NCBI GenBank assembly: GCA_963665115.1
Contig: OY762007.1
Location: forward strand, 3,104,001-3,168,000
DNA length: 64,000 bases
Source: an uncultured Rivularia sp.
GTDB lineage: Bacteria > Cyanobacteriota > Cyanobacteriia > Cyanobacteriales > Nostocaceae
Reading direction: 5' to 3'
How positions within the stretch are numbered: the stretch's first letter is position 1; each line of letters opens with the position of its first letter. The position numbers were made by a program, and so were the translations under genes. The notes beneath the pieces are model-generated. The model saw only the letters and a list, made by a program, of their open reading frames with translations, did no database searches and was not told the DNA's origin. Positions 46,430-57,241 of this stretch are shown in pieces.

Positions 46430-47089
46430 ATGAATGAAAATTCAAATACAGCTATTGGTTTTCAACTGAATTTTAATAAGTGGAATATTGTATACGTTGC
46501 TGTTGTAGTTAGTGCAGTACTAACAGTTGTCAATCTTGCAATTTATGGAGTTGAAAAGCAAGGGATTATTAATTGGCTAGATGCAACGGGAAGAGCCGGG
46601 ATGATTACTTTTACTGCTGCGTTTGTTGCATCACCATTACACAAGCTTTTTCCCAGTCCTTTTAGTCGATGGCTGCTAAAAAATCGCCGGTTTTTAGGAA
46701 TTGCTTTTGGATTTCAGCATCTTGTATTTCATCTACCAGCAGTTATCTGGTTTCTGATAATTGCCAAAGCTCCTATTGATGCAATTATCACTGGAGGAAT
46801 TGGTTTTGTGTTTGTAATTCCGATGCTAGTTACGTCTTTTAATACACCTGCAAAATGGATAGGAGCGAGGAATTGGAAAATTCTGCATACAACAGGAATG
46901 TTTTACTTGATGTACGTTTTTATCATCAGTTTCTTTCCTGGAATATCGGGTAATCCGTCGCTTAATCAAGACTATTTAATTAATTACGCTTTGTTGGAAT
47001 TAGCGTTGTTTATTGCGGTTTTCTTAAGAATCGTTGTATTTATTCGTAAACTAATCAACTTTTATAAAAACAAAAAAACTACTGTTTAA
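46430..47089 (+). CDS. Ferric-reductase-like / MsrQ-like heme membrane protein
   Basis: TG…RRFLGI…H…TS…WKILH. Confidence 0.8.
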   Translation: MNENSNTAIGFQLNFNKWNIVYVAVVVSAVLTVVNLAIYGVEKQGIINWLDATGRAGMITFTAAFVASPLHKLFPSPFSRWLLKNRRFLGIAFGFQHLVFHLPAVIWFLIIAKAPIDAIITGGIGFVFVIPMLVTSFNTPAKWIGARNWKILHTTGMFYLMYVFIISFFPGISGNPSLNQDYLINYALLELALFIAVFLRIVVFIRKLINFYKNKKTTV

Positions 47090-47200
47090 CAAACGATATT
47101 AGATTGCTGCTACTAAAAAACTTTTGTAAAATATGGAATAGTGCAGTAAATAAAAATTTGGCGAAAATAAAATTTAGATTAATTTCGATAAAAATTTTTC

Positions 47201-47837
47201 TCAAACAAGTAAATATTTCTGTGCCAACAAAGCAGCAGCAACTCTATCCCGTAGTGACAATTTGCTCAATATTTGAGTAATGTAATTTTTCACAGTACCT
47301 ATGCTCAAATGCAAGGTTTGAGCGATTTCTTGATTATTTTTTCCTTGTCCCCACAAGTTTTAAAACTTCTAATTCTCTTTCGCTAAGTTGGTTGAGATTT
47401 GCGGTTGAAGCTGCATCGGTTGGTTTCAGATTCGCAAATATTTTTGGTGCGATCGCCGGACTTAGTTGAGAATAACCTTGGTAAGCTGCACGGATTGCGG
47501 TTGCTATTTGTTCGGAAGGTTTGCGCTTGAGAATATAACCCATTGCTCCAGCTTCTAAGGATTTCCATACGTACTCGTCGTCATCAAAGGTTGTCAAAAC
47601 TAAGATTCGCATCCAGGGGTAGCGTTGATGAATTTCTTTTGTAGCTGCTACACCGTCACAAATTGGCATTCTTACATCCATTAAAATTACATCTGGTTGC
47701 AATTGTTTGGTTAAGGAAATCGCTTCTAAACCGTTGCTTGCTTGTCCAATTATTTCTAAATCTTCTTCTGTGGATAATAAAGTAGCTAAACCCTGACGAA
47801 AAATATTTTGGTCATCTACGAGTAATAAACTAATCAT
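47201..47837 (-). CDS. NarL-family response regulator (frameshift near 47349-47352)
   Basis: Receiver domain; removing one G restores GQGKNNQEIAQTLHLSIGTVKNY LuxR HTH ending at 47201. Confidence 0.9.
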
Positions 47838-49000
47838 CGCGGAATTTCTACTAAAATTTGCGTTCCTTGATTTGGCGAACTTTTAATGTTGAATTTACCG
47901 CTTAAACTTTGTACTCGCTCTTTCATTCCCTGTAAACCCGAACCAGAATTTGATGCACTCAAATCGAAACCTATTCCGTAATCTTCTAATTGTAAAATAA
48001 TCTCTTTAGAATTGTATTTTCCCTGAAAGTTAACATTTGAAGCACGAGCATGTTTTTGGATATTAATTAATCCTTCTTTGACAATGCAATAAATTTGATG
48101 GCTGGTAGTAATCGGTAAGTCGGGTAAGTTTATTTCCCATTGAATTTTTAATGTTTGATTGCTTCTCATTTGTTCCATGAGATTAGTTAAAGCGTTATTA
48201 AGATTAAATTCGGAATGTCGCATGGTTTTTACAGCATGACTGACATCCTCAATACATTGACCTGAAAGTATTATGGCAGTATCTAAAGCCAAAAAAGCTT
48301 TTTCTAAATCGCGATTGCGTAATTTATGAGCTACTTTTAATTGAATATCTAAATTAGTTAAAGTATGTCCCAAAGAATCGTGAATATCGCGAGCAATACG
48401 AGTACGTTCTAAATCTGCTGCTAAAATTTCGACTTGTTCTGCTAATTCTTCCGCTCTTTTACGACTTTTGTATTCCGCTAAAACTACGGAGCTAAAGAAA
48501 ATTACAAGAGCGCTGGCTGCTATGTAAATTCCCAATGAATAAATAGCGATTTTTTCTAAGCTGTAGGAACCATAACCAAATGGTGGTTCAAAACGGAAAC
48601 CTTGTTCTACTTCTTTGATTTCTGAACTTATTTCGCTGCTAATCCAAGCTATACCCATAGCAATTGTTAAAAACAGCGTTTTTTTATAACCAAGTAAGAA
48701 AAAACTTTTAGCAATATAGAGGTATATTAATAAGTCCAAGCTAACATCTATAAAATTAGCCAAGACTATTAATAGCACTGATAAAAATATATAAATTTGT
48801 TTTTGCCATCGAGAAAAGTTAGAAGGAGACAAAAAACTTAAAATAATAAAAATGCTGTAAAAAATAAAATTTATAGATAGATTGCTATCTCCAGCGGTGG
48901 TTATGACCAGCAAAATATGGATTGCAATAAAAATCCATTCTAAATAACGTAATGTTTGCAAGATAGAAAGAGAAGATTTTGCAACGAGATTCTTATACAT
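47834..49000 (-). CDS. HisKA_3 membrane sensor histidine kinase
   Basis: ERTRIARDIHDSLGH, NIQKHA, DYGIGF, GLQGMKER. Confidence 0.92.
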   Translation of the reverse strand: MYKNLVAKSSLSILQTLRYLEWIFIAIHILLVITTAGDSNLSINFIFYSIFIILSFLSPSNFSRWQKQIYIFLSVLLIVLANFIDVSLDLLIYLYIAKSFFLLGYKKTLFLTIAMGIAWISSEISSEIKEVEQGFRFEPPFGYGSYSLEKIAIYSLGIYIAASALVIFFSSVVLAEYKSRKRAEELAEQVEILAADLERTRIARDIHDSLGHTLTNLDIQLKVAHKLRNRDLEKAFLALDTAIILSGQCIEDVSHAVKTMRHSEFNLNNALTNLMEQMRSNQTLKIQWEINLPDLPITTSHQIYCIVKEGLINIQKHARASNVNFQGKYNSKEIILQLEDYGIGFDLSASNSGSGLQGMKERVQSLSGKFNIKSSPNQGTQILVEIPR

Positions 49001-49277
49001 ATTTATATTTATATTTATTTGATTTTTTGATATTCAAAACCTCACCCTCAATACCTCTCCATATTAAGGAGAGGGAAGCAGGAAGTAGCGTGACATTTTA
49101 ATAAGGTTTTAATTAGTATTACACTGATTTGAAATCTATTGATATGACCACGGTCATCTTTTTTAATGACTGTGGATTATTTTTAATGCATCATCTCTTG
49201 GTTAACATCATGATGAATTGAGAAAAGCATTTTTTTCTTGAGTAGCGATGATGTAATTTAAGGGTAATCAAAATCTC

Positions 49278-50432
49278 ATGTTCGATTCAATATTTTCGCA
49301 AAAATCAAATAGCATTGTTAATAATTTTATTAGTTTAGCTTTCAATATCAAAATACCAAAAGTCACACAACCAAAGTTTGACAGCCTTTATGTTTTTGGT
49401 GATAGTTTATCGGATAATGGTAATGAATTTACAGGACTTAATTACATTCAGTCAAACCTAAATCCCGACATTGAAATAGATACTCCTTCTCCTCCATATT
49501 TTCCAGGTCGTGAATCGAATGGGTTTGTTTGGACAGATTATTTAGCTCAAGAATTGGGCTTTAATTTAACACCAGTTCTTGAATTTGCTGAAGAAAATCC
49601 CGTTTCAGAAAATTCTGATGGTGGATATGAAATTATTCCTTCATTTGGAGGGAATACTGCGACTCAAAGCACAAATTTTGCTGTCAGTGGTGCGAGACTT
49701 GTAAATGATGATTCAGACCCAGGGGATTTGGTTACTCCTTCGGTATCTACTCAGGTTGATTGGTTTCTCGAAGATTTGGAAGTTAAGCAAACGAAAGCTT
49801 CTGAGGATGGACTTTACGTAATTCAAGGTGGTGCTAATGACTATCTATCTGGTGAGTTGTCCGAACCCACGGAAGCTGTTGCTGTTGTAGAGTATGCAAT
49901 TAAAGATTTGTACGATGCTGGAGCGCGTTATTTTCTAGTTCCTAATGTCCCCGATTTGGGTAATACTCCTCTCGGTAGTATTTTTTCTGATGAAGAAACG
50001 ACTTTTCTGACAGATGTATCGAATCGACATAACGATTTGCTTGAAACAACTTTAAGGAAGTTAGAGCGAGATTTACCCAATGTTGAGATTGAATCTGTTG
50101 ATTTTAGAGGGTTAGCTCTTGATGTTACTAACGACCCAACAGCATTTGGTTTAACTAATGGAACTGATTCTTATCTAGTCGGGGAAGCTCCTGATTTTTC
50201 TACAACGGGTGAAAATCCTGATGATTATTTCTTTTTTGATTACATTCATCCTACAACTAAAGGACACCAACTTTTAGCTGATGTCGCTGTTGAAGCAACC
50301 TATGATTTAGGGACGGGTACAAATCAATCCGATTCGATTGGGGATATTTTTAATAATATTTTGGGGAGCTTTGATTTTGGTAATTACGGACAATTTTGTT
50401 TTCCAGGAATAACTGAAGAATTCAGCATATAG
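49278..50432 (+). CDS. SGNH/GDSL lipase-esterase
   Basis: FGDSLSD, GANDY, DYIHP. Confidence 0.92.
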   Translation: MFDSIFSQKSNSIVNNFISLAFNIKIPKVTQPKFDSLYVFGDSLSDNGNEFTGLNYIQSNLNPDIEIDTPSPPYFPGRESNGFVWTDYLAQELGFNLTPVLEFAEENPVSENSDGGYEIIPSFGGNTATQSTNFAVSGARLVNDDSDPGDLVTPSVSTQVDWFLEDLEVKQTKASEDGLYVIQGGANDYLSGELSEPTEAVAVVEYAIKDLYDAGARYFLVPNVPDLGNTPLGSIFSDEETTFLTDVSNRHNDLLETTLRKLERDLPNVEIESVDFRGLALDVTNDPTAFGLTNGTDSYLVGEAPDFSTTGENPDDYFFFDYIHPTTKGHQLLADVAVEATYDLGTGTNQSDSIGDIFNNILGSFDFGNYGQFCFPGITEEFSI

Positions 50433-50449
50433 TACTCGACTAATTCAAG

Positions 50450-51082
50450 TTAAATATTATCTGGCTTTTTGATGAGATAAGAAATCAAAAGGTCAGATAC
50501 TTCTTCTTCAAATTGACTATCTTTAAGAAAACCTGGATGTTCAATGACTGCGGAATGACATAAAGATTCTACAGTATTACTAATCATAAAAACTGTCATT
50601 TCTATGTTTTTAGGTCTAATTTTATCACTCCATCTTTGGAGATAAGCTTTTAATAGTTCTGCAATCCGTTCGTCTGTCTTCTGCATTTTCTGCAATTTTT
50701 CCGAACGGGGAATTTCTTCATTTAAAACTTGGTGAAGTCTTGGGTTGATTGCATGAGTTGCAATTACTGCTTTTATAAGTACGGGAATTGCTATTTCTAA
50801 AGGAGCATCGAACAAATTATTCAAGTGTGATTCTAATAAAGAGGCAACTTCATTACAGTGCTGCTCCATTAATGCCATTATTAGCGATTCTTTATTAGGA
50901 AAGTATTGATACAGCGAACCAACACTTACACCCGCTCGCTCTGCAATATGATTGGTGTTGGTTTTTTCGTAGCCTCTCTCAGCCAAAATGCGAGCAGTCG
51001 CTTCTAATATGGCTTCAACCGTGATTTGCGAACGTTCCTGTTTTGGCTTTTTACGGGGCTTTTTGGAAGGTTTGGATACCAT
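50450..51082 (-). CDS. TetR-family regulator
   Basis: PRKKPKQERS…AGVSVGSLYQYFPNK. Confidence 0.92.
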   Translation of the reverse strand: MVSKPSKKPRKKPKQERSQITVEAILEATARILAERGYEKTNTNHIAERAGVSVGSLYQYFPNKESLIMALMEQHCNEVASLLESHLNNLFDAPLEIAIPVLIKAVIATHAINPRLHQVLNEEIPRSEKLQKMQKTDERIAELLKAYLQRWSDKIRPKNIEMTVFMISNTVESLCHSAVIEHPGFLKDSQFEEEVSDLLISYLIKKPDNI

Positions 51083-51097
51083 TAAAATACCTGATTA

Positions 51098-51162
51098 AAA
51101 TACGAGTTGTAAATACGAGTGATTGCTCATATTATGAATTATACGAGTAATCGCTCATATTT
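51098..51162. promoter_or_regulatory. Repeated operator-like motifs in the TetR/ferredoxin divergent promoter
   Basis: ATACGAGT three times; two copies are followed by GCTCATAT, forming imperfect palindromes. Confidence 0.6.
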
Positions 51163-51206
51163 TTTGATTTCTAATATTTCAACTCAAAAATTAAACTAAA
51201 ACAATT

Positions 51207-51590
51207 ATGAATTCACATAAATATCGTGTTTTTGTCTGTACAAAGCAACGTGAAACTACAAATACTGAAGGTTGTTGCTGTAATTTTGGTGCGTTGAATA
51301 TTTATCAAGCATTTAAAGATGAAGTGCTTCGCTTGCAATTAAGCGATAATGTCGAAATTCGTAAATCGGGATGTTTGGATTGTTGTGAATCTGGATCTGT
51401 CGCATTGATTTGTCAGTCGAATCGTAGGGATTTATCTTGGCTACCTACTAAATTACGGGTGAAACTAAGAAAACTACTATTTCCCAATCGTTATTTATAT
51501 GGAAAACTTAATTGTGATGACGTTTCAGCAATTGTAGAAAGTCATCTTGTTAAGGGGAAACCATTGAAACGATGCCAGATTTCGACTTAG
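51207..51590 (+). CDS. Thioredoxin-like [2Fe-2S] ferredoxin
   Basis: VFVC…CC…SGCLDCC…YG…IVESHL..G. Confidence 0.85.
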   Translation: MNSHKYRVFVCTKQRETTNTEGCCCNFGALNIYQAFKDEVLRLQLSDNVEIRKSGCLDCCESGSVALICQSNRRDLSWLPTKLRVKLRKLLFPNRYLYGKLNCDDVSAIVESHLVKGKPLKRCQIST

Positions 51591-51606
51591 CTTGTAAGTT
51601 TATTGT

Positions 51607-52143
51607 TCAATATTCACTCAACAATCCAATAGCCTCTTCACACCAATCAATCCAGTTAGTTTCGTAACGAATACCGCGACGTAGGATTAAATAAATACAT
51701 TTTTGTTTGTAAGACAGTTGGGAAATGTCAGGAAATTTTTGCTGCTGGATTTGTTTATAAACTGACAACTGCTGCGAATGAATTTGATGATGTCGTTCAA
51801 TCTCTTGCAGAATAACTGAGTTAGGAACTAATTTCGCTGCAATCACTTTAACTAGCAACTCTTCACGAATTGCCATTGGTTCTGCTGGTTCTAGTAGCCA
51901 GCTTTTAAGTTTTTCTATCCCTTTTTCTGTAACTTGATAAAGCTTTTTATTGGGACGACCTTCTTGGGTAATTACTTCTGAAGTAATTGCACCATCTTTT
52001 TCTAGTTTTCCTAACTCTCTATATATCTGTTGTTGGGTTGCTTGCCAATAGTAATTACTCGTTTGAGAGAATTTTTTCCATAAATCATAACCACTGTAGG
52101 GTTCAGAACCCAATGTTGCCAAAATTGTATGCGCTAGTGACAT
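51607..52143 (-). CDS. PadR-family regulator
   Basis: SGYDL…QQIYREL…RPNKKLY. Confidence 0.92.
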   Translation of the reverse strand: MSLAHTILATLGSEPYSGYDLWKKFSQTSNYYWQATQQQIYRELGKLEKDGAITSEVITQEGRPNKKLYQVTEKGIEKLKSWLLEPAEPMAIREELLVKVIAAKLVPNSVILQEIERHHQIHSQQLSVYKQIQQQKFPDISQLSYKQKCIYLILRRGIRYETNWIDWCEEAIGLLSEY

Positions 52144-52171
52144 TTTTTAATTTAGAGTACCTTACTGCTTG

Positions 52172-52223
52172 ACATACTAAATTTGTTGTATATAGTGTAA
52201 ATAGGATATACAACTTGTTGTGT
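52172..52223. promoter_or_regulatory. Putative PadR operators
   Basis: ATACTAAATTTGTTGTAT and TACAACTTGTTGTGTA imperfect palindromes between padR and the efflux operon. Confidence 0.5.
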
Positions 52224-52249
52224 AAACTATTTTTCTCTGCGATAAAGCC

Positions 52250-53569
52250 ATGAATCAGCAATCTATCTCAGAAGTTCTCGAACGGGAGAAATCATCCCCC
52301 TCTCATAGATTCCAGTTATTTTTAGCTGGTTCAATTATCTTACTGGCTGGTGTGGGAATTGGTAAATTTGCTGGTATTGAGTCAAGTAATCCTCCGGTTC
52401 AAGCTCAAGCAAAAAAAGCAACACCACTTCCGGTTAAAACAACTAAAATTCAATTAGTTAATAATTATCAAACAACGCAAAGTTATACGGGAGAAGTAGT
52501 AGCGAAACGGACTAGCGAAGTTGGTTTTGAACGTGGTGGAAAGTTAGTAGAAGTCTTGGTGGATGACGGAGATAAGGTTCGTAAAGGAGCGGTATTAGCG
52601 AAATTAGATACAGCGAATTTACAAGCACAACGTCAGTCTTTGGTTGCTCAAAAAGCACAAGCAGAAGCGAAACTGGTAGAACTGAAAAACGGTGCTAGAA
52701 AAGAGCAAATTGCAGCAGCGAGAGCTAGAGTTCGGGATTTAGAAAAACAATTAAAATTAGAACGGTTGAAGAGCAATAGACGAAAATATCTTTACGAGCA
52801 GGGAGCGATTTCTAAGGAACAATTCGATGAAGTTGCTTTTAATTCTCAAGCTTTATCGGAGCGTTTGAATAATGCTAGAAGTGGTTTGGAAGAATTGGTC
52901 AACGGGACTCGTTACGAACAAAAAGCAGCGCAAAAAGCAGCAGTTGACCAATTATCGGCTGAAATTACCAATTTAGATATTACTATTGCCAAAAGCATTT
53001 TGAAAGCTCCTTTTTCTGGGACAATTGGACTTCGTTCTGCTGATGAAGGGATGGTGATTGATGCTGGTAAATCGATAGTACGTTTAGTTGAAGATAGTAA
53101 ACCAGAAGTAAAAATCGGGGTTCCGATTAATATTGCGAGAAAATTAGTATCTGGTACTCAGCAAGAATTAGAAATTGGGGGAAAAAACTATTCTGCTAGA
53201 GTAAAGTCAATTTTACCGGAAGTTGATGCAGCTACTCGAACTCGGACGGTTATTTTACAGTTAGAATCAACTGCAAAAGTTTCTCCAAGAGAAATTGCTC
53301 GTTTCAAAATTGCTCAAAACGTCGCGACTGAAGGTTATTGGCTACCGATTACAGCATTAGTAAAAGGCGATCGCGGTTTGTGGTCATGTTATGCGGTTAT
53401 TGATGAAAATGGTAATTCAAAAGTCGAACGTAGATTAATAGAAGTATTAGAAACTGATGGGAAAAGAGTTTTAGTTAGAGGAACAATTCAAGCGGGAGAC
53501 GCGATTGTTATTGATGGTACTCAAAGACTTGTTCCGGGACAATTGGTGAGTAAAGGAAGTGGGGAGTAG
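52250..53569 (+). CDS. RND efflux periplasmic adaptor (MFP)
   Basis: Lipoyl half-motifs (VLVDDGDKVRKG, LKAPFSG), long alpha hairpin, VDAATRT. Confidence 0.92.
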   Translation: MNQQSISEVLEREKSSPSHRFQLFLAGSIILLAGVGIGKFAGIESSNPPVQAQAKKATPLPVKTTKIQLVNNYQTTQSYTGEVVAKRTSEVGFERGGKLVEVLVDDGDKVRKGAVLAKLDTANLQAQRQSLVAQKAQAEAKLVELKNGARKEQIAAARARVRDLEKQLKLERLKSNRRKYLYEQGAISKEQFDEVAFNSQALSERLNNARSGLEELVNGTRYEQKAAQKAAVDQLSAEITNLDITIAKSILKAPFSGTIGLRSADEGMVIDAGKSIVRLVEDSKPEVKIGVPINIARKLVSGTQQELEIGGKNYSARVKSILPEVDAATRTRTVILQLESTAKVSPREIARFKIAQNVATEGYWLPITALVKGDRGLWSCYAVIDENGNSKVERRLIEVLETDGKRVLVRGTIQAGDAIVIDGTQRLVPGQLVSKGSGE

Positions 53570-53589
53570 TAAGAAGAACTTTAATAGTA

Positions 53590-53940
53590 TTATGAATTTT
53601 CTCCTAACTGACGTTTGAGTTGAGCAATTTCTTTCTCAACATTAGCTAATCTTTCGACTATATTTAAACGTTCTGAATCAGCAGATTGATGATAACCATA
53701 AAACTGATTAAATTTTTCTCTTTGGTCTACTGTTAATTTAGCTACTTCTACAACTAAATTTCTGATTTCGTCTTTTAAACTACTGATATCTTCTCGGTCG
53801 TTTCTAATTAATTCTGCATTTTCTTGAATATAGGACTCCAACCTAGCTATATTATCTGTATTTCTAATTTGACTTTCCTGTATCTGTCTTTGAACGGCTA
53901 ACATTTGTTGAATAGTGTTTTGAATTTCTTCTGGTGTCAT
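53590..53940 (-). CDS. Hypothetical coiled-coil protein
   Basis: 116-aa heptad-rich ORF on the opposite strand between MFP and RND. Confidence 0.7.
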   Translation of the reverse strand: MTPEEIQNTIQQMLAVQRQIQESQIRNTDNIARLESYIQENAELIRNDREDISSLKDEIRNLVVEVAKLTVDQREKFNQFYGYHQSADSERLNIVERLANVEKEIAQLKRQLGENS

Positions 53941-54073
53941 AGTTAGTTGTAATAATCTTATTAATTAATTCTATCAAATTTTAAAAGATAAATATAGTAA
54001 CGCATTATTTTTAAAACTTTGATTGGTGCGTTACGGCAATGCCCAATTCCCTATCCCCAATGCCCAAAATACG

Positions 54074-57000
54074 ATGTTTACCCTATTCTATCGAAATTCT
54101 CGCTTACTAATTCTAACTATTATCTTAATTGCTGTTTGGGGAATTTCTTCTTATTTCACTTTACCAAGATTAGAAGACCCAGAATTAGTTTCTCGTACTG
54201 CTGTAGTTAGTACTTTTTTTCCTGGTGCTGATGCAGAAAGGGTAGAAGCTTTAATAACTGAAAAAATCGAAGAGAAACTGACAGAAATTGAAGAAATTGA
54301 TAATTATAAATCTACTTCCCGTACTAGTAGCTCTATTATTACTGTTAATTTACAAGATACTGTTAGCAAACAAGAAGTAGATTCGGTTTGGACGCGGATT
54401 AGAAATAAACTTGATGAAGTACAAATAGAGTTACCAGCTAATATTATTGAGCCAGAATTAGAAGCAGCAAAAGTAAAAGCCTATGCTTTAATTGCTGGTT
54501 TGACTTGGGAACAGGATGATAAACCTAATTATGCAATTTTACGTCGGCAAGCAGAAGTTTTTAAAGAACGTTTAGAAGCAATATCGGGAACTGAAGAAGT
54601 AGAAATTTTTGGTGAGCCGAAAGAGGAAATTATTGTCGAAATTAATCCCGAGGCTTTGGCTAGTTACAATTTAACAGCAAGAGAATTGTCACAACAAATT
54701 TCTCAAAGTGATTCTAAGATTTCAGCAGGACAATTACGCGATAAAGATAATAATTTATTAATTCAAGTTGCGGGAGAACTGGATACTTTAGCAAGAATCA
54801 GACAAATTCCGATTAATTTTGGTAGTCAAGGTCAATTTGTGACTTTACAAAATATCGCTACTGTTAGTAAGGGAATTAAGGAACCATTCACCGAAATTGC
54901 ATTATTTAACGGTCATCCTGCTGTTGCTTTAGCGGTTCACGTTCAGTCGGGAAGCAGATTGGATTTATGGTCGAAAGTTGCTGAGAAAAAGATAGCTGAA
55001 TTTCAATCTGAATTACCTAGCAGTATTGGTTTACCGATTATTTTTGCTCAAAGTAGTTATGTTGAGGAAAGATTAAATAGCTTAATTTCTAATCTCTTAT
55101 TAGGTGCGGCTTTAGTATTTGGTGTAACTGTAATGATGATGGGTTGGAAGAGTGCTTTAATCGTTAGTTCTGCTCTACCTTTATCGGTATTTATGGTGTT
55201 TGGTTGGATGAATTGGTTAAATATTTCCCTGCATCAAATGTCGATTACGGGATTGATTGTTGCTTTGGGAATTTTAATTGATAATGCAATCGTGATGGTA
55301 GATGAAGTACAAAATGAATTACGCAAGGGACTGAAAGCTAAGGCAGCGATAAATCATAGCATTCAAAATTTAGCAATTCCCCTATTAAGTTCGACATTAA
55401 CAACTGTTTTAGCATTTTTACCAATTGCATTATTACCTGGGGGTGTAGGGGAATTCGTCAGCACAATTGCGATTACCGTTATTATTGCTGTCTGCTGTTC
55501 TTTGTTTATTTCGTTAACGATTATTCCTACTTTTACTGCTCAATTACATCGGTATCGGGATAGTAAACAAGACAATAGCAAAAATCGGTCTTGGCTAGAA
55601 AATGGTATTTTTATTCCAATTTTAAATCAGTTGTATCGACGTACAGTAAAATTCACAATAGCTAAACCAGTTTTATCAATATTCCTAGCTTTATTAATTC
55701 CAATTATCGGTTTTATTCAAGCTGGTAGTCTCGAACAACAATTTTTTCCCGCAGCAGATAGAGATCAACTGCAAATTCAACTAGAGTTACCTGCTTCAGC
55801 TTCTTTAACAAAAACTCAAAATTTAATTAAACAAGTTCGCCAACAAATTATAGATAATCCAGAAGTTAATGATGTTCATTGGTTATTAGGTCGCAGTATT
55901 CCCCGTTTTTACTACAACTTGACTGGTGGAAAACAGCAACAATCTAATTACGCTCAAGCATTAGTACAATTAAATTCTCTTACTTCCAGCGAGCTAACCA
56001 AAAAATTACAAACCGAACTAAATAAAACATTTCCTTCAGCAAGAATTATTGTTAGACAATTAGAACAGGGACCTCCTTTTGCTGCACCAATTGAAATGCG
56101 GATTTATGGTTCTAATTTGGAAACTTTGCAATCATTAGGAGAAAAAGCTAGACAATCTTTAGTACAAATTGAAGATATTACTCATACCCGTGCGAGCTTG
56201 GATGAAATTCAACCACAAATAGAATTCCAAATAGATGAAGAACAAGCACGTCTAGCAGGATTAAATCGGACAACTATTGCTCAACAATTGGATAATTCCT
56301 TAGAAGGTGTAATTGGTGGTTCAATATTAGAAGGAAACGAAGAATTACCCGTTAGAGTTCGTTTGGGGAATCAAGAAAGAGGAAATTTATCACAAATTAC
56401 TTCCTTAGATTTATTAGCAAATTCGAGTATTAATAGAAAAGGAAATAATCCCCTCGCTGCTGTTCCTCTTTCTTCCTTGGGTAAAGTTGAACTAAAACCA
56501 GAACTTGCTCAAATTACTCACTATAACGGACAAAGAGTTAATACAGTTCAAGGTTTTCTTAATGCTGGAGTTTTACCAGCAGAGATTTTAAATCAATTTC
56601 AAGCCAAATTAGAAAATAACAAATTTACCTTACCTCCCGGTTACAAATTTGAATTTGGTGGAGAGCAAGAAGAAAGAAACGATGCTGTAGGTGGTTTAGT
56701 TTCCACCGTAGGAGTTTTGATTATTCTGATGATAGCGACATTAGTACTTTCCCTGGGTTCGTTTCAACTTGCAGGTGTTATCGGAATAGTTGCGATCGCA
56801 TCATTTGGTTTGGGTTTATTTTCCATCTGGTTATTTGACTATCCCTTCGGTTTCAACCCAATTATCGGTTCGGTGGGTTTAATTGGTGTTGCTGTTAACG
56901 ACTCGATTGTCGTACTCAGCGCGATTTCCAATCATCCCATAGCAAAAACCGGGAATCCCAAAGCAATTCAAAAAGTAGTTTTACACTCGACTCGTCACGT

Positions 57001-57220
57001 ACTAACGACAACACTAACAACCGCTATCGGATTTGTTCCATTATTGTTATCTGGTGGGGAATTTTGGCCACCTTTAGCTGTGGCGATCGCCGGTGGTGTG
57101 GTTGGTGCGACTTTGCTTGCTCTTTATTTCGTTCCTGCTGCTTATTATTTGATTAAAACTCGGTTTGGGAAGAATCGGGTTTCAATGAGTAAGATGGTGA
57201 TTCATAAAGTTAAGCAGTGA
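54074..57220 (+). CDS. RND efflux permease (AcrB/AcrD/AcrF family)
   Basis: LPRLEDP, GILIDNAIV, PIIGSVGLIGVAVNDSIV; about 1050 aa. Confidence 0.95.
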   Translation: MFTLFYRNSRLLILTIILIAVWGISSYFTLPRLEDPELVSRTAVVSTFFPGADAERVEALITEKIEEKLTEIEEIDNYKSTSRTSSSIITVNLQDTVSKQEVDSVWTRIRNKLDEVQIELPANIIEPELEAAKVKAYALIAGLTWEQDDKPNYAILRRQAEVFKERLEAISGTEEVEIFGEPKEEIIVEINPEALASYNLTARELSQQISQSDSKISAGQLRDKDNNLLIQVAGELDTLARIRQIPINFGSQGQFVTLQNIATVSKGIKEPFTEIALFNGHPAVALAVHVQSGSRLDLWSKVAEKKIAEFQSELPSSIGLPIIFAQSSYVEERLNSLISNLLLGAALVFGVTVMMMGWKSALIVSSALPLSVFMVFGWMNWLNISLHQMSITGLIVALGILIDNAIVMVDEVQNELRKGLKAKAAINHSIQNLAIPLLSSTLTTVLAFLPIALLPGGVGEFVSTIAITVIIAVCCSLFISLTIIPTFTAQLHRYRDSKQDNSKNRSWLENGIFIPILNQLYRRTVKFTIAKPVLSIFLALLIPIIGFIQAGSLEQQFFPAADRDQLQIQLELPASASLTKTQNLIKQVRQQIIDNPEVNDVHWLLGRSIPRFYYNLTGGKQQQSNYAQALVQLNSLTSSELTKKLQTELNKTFPSARIIVRQLEQGPPFAAPIEMRIYGSNLETLQSLGEKARQSLVQIEDITHTRASLDEIQPQIEFQIDEEQARLAGLNRTTIAQQLDNSLEGVIGGSILEGNEELPVRVRLGNQERGNLSQITSLDLLANSSINRKGNNPLAAVPLSSLGKVELKPELAQITHYNGQRVNTVQGFLNAGVLPAEILNQFQAKLENNKFTLPPGYKFEFGGEQEERNDAVGGLVSTVGVLIILMIATLVLSLGSFQLAGVIGIVAIASFGLGLFSIWLFDYPFGFNPIIGSVGLIGVAVNDSIVVLSAISNHPIAKTGNPKAIQKVVLHSTRHVLTTTLTTAIGFVPLLLSGGEFWPPLAVAIAGGVVGATLLALYFVPAAYYLIKTRFGKNRVSMSKMVIHKVKQ

Positions 57221-57241
57221 ATATCGCAGGGAACGAGATTT

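Noticed and set aside
42108..47100. Integron cassette array
   Set aside because: No integrase; a GTTTAAC at the stop near 47084 has no matching GTTRRRY or attC hairpin
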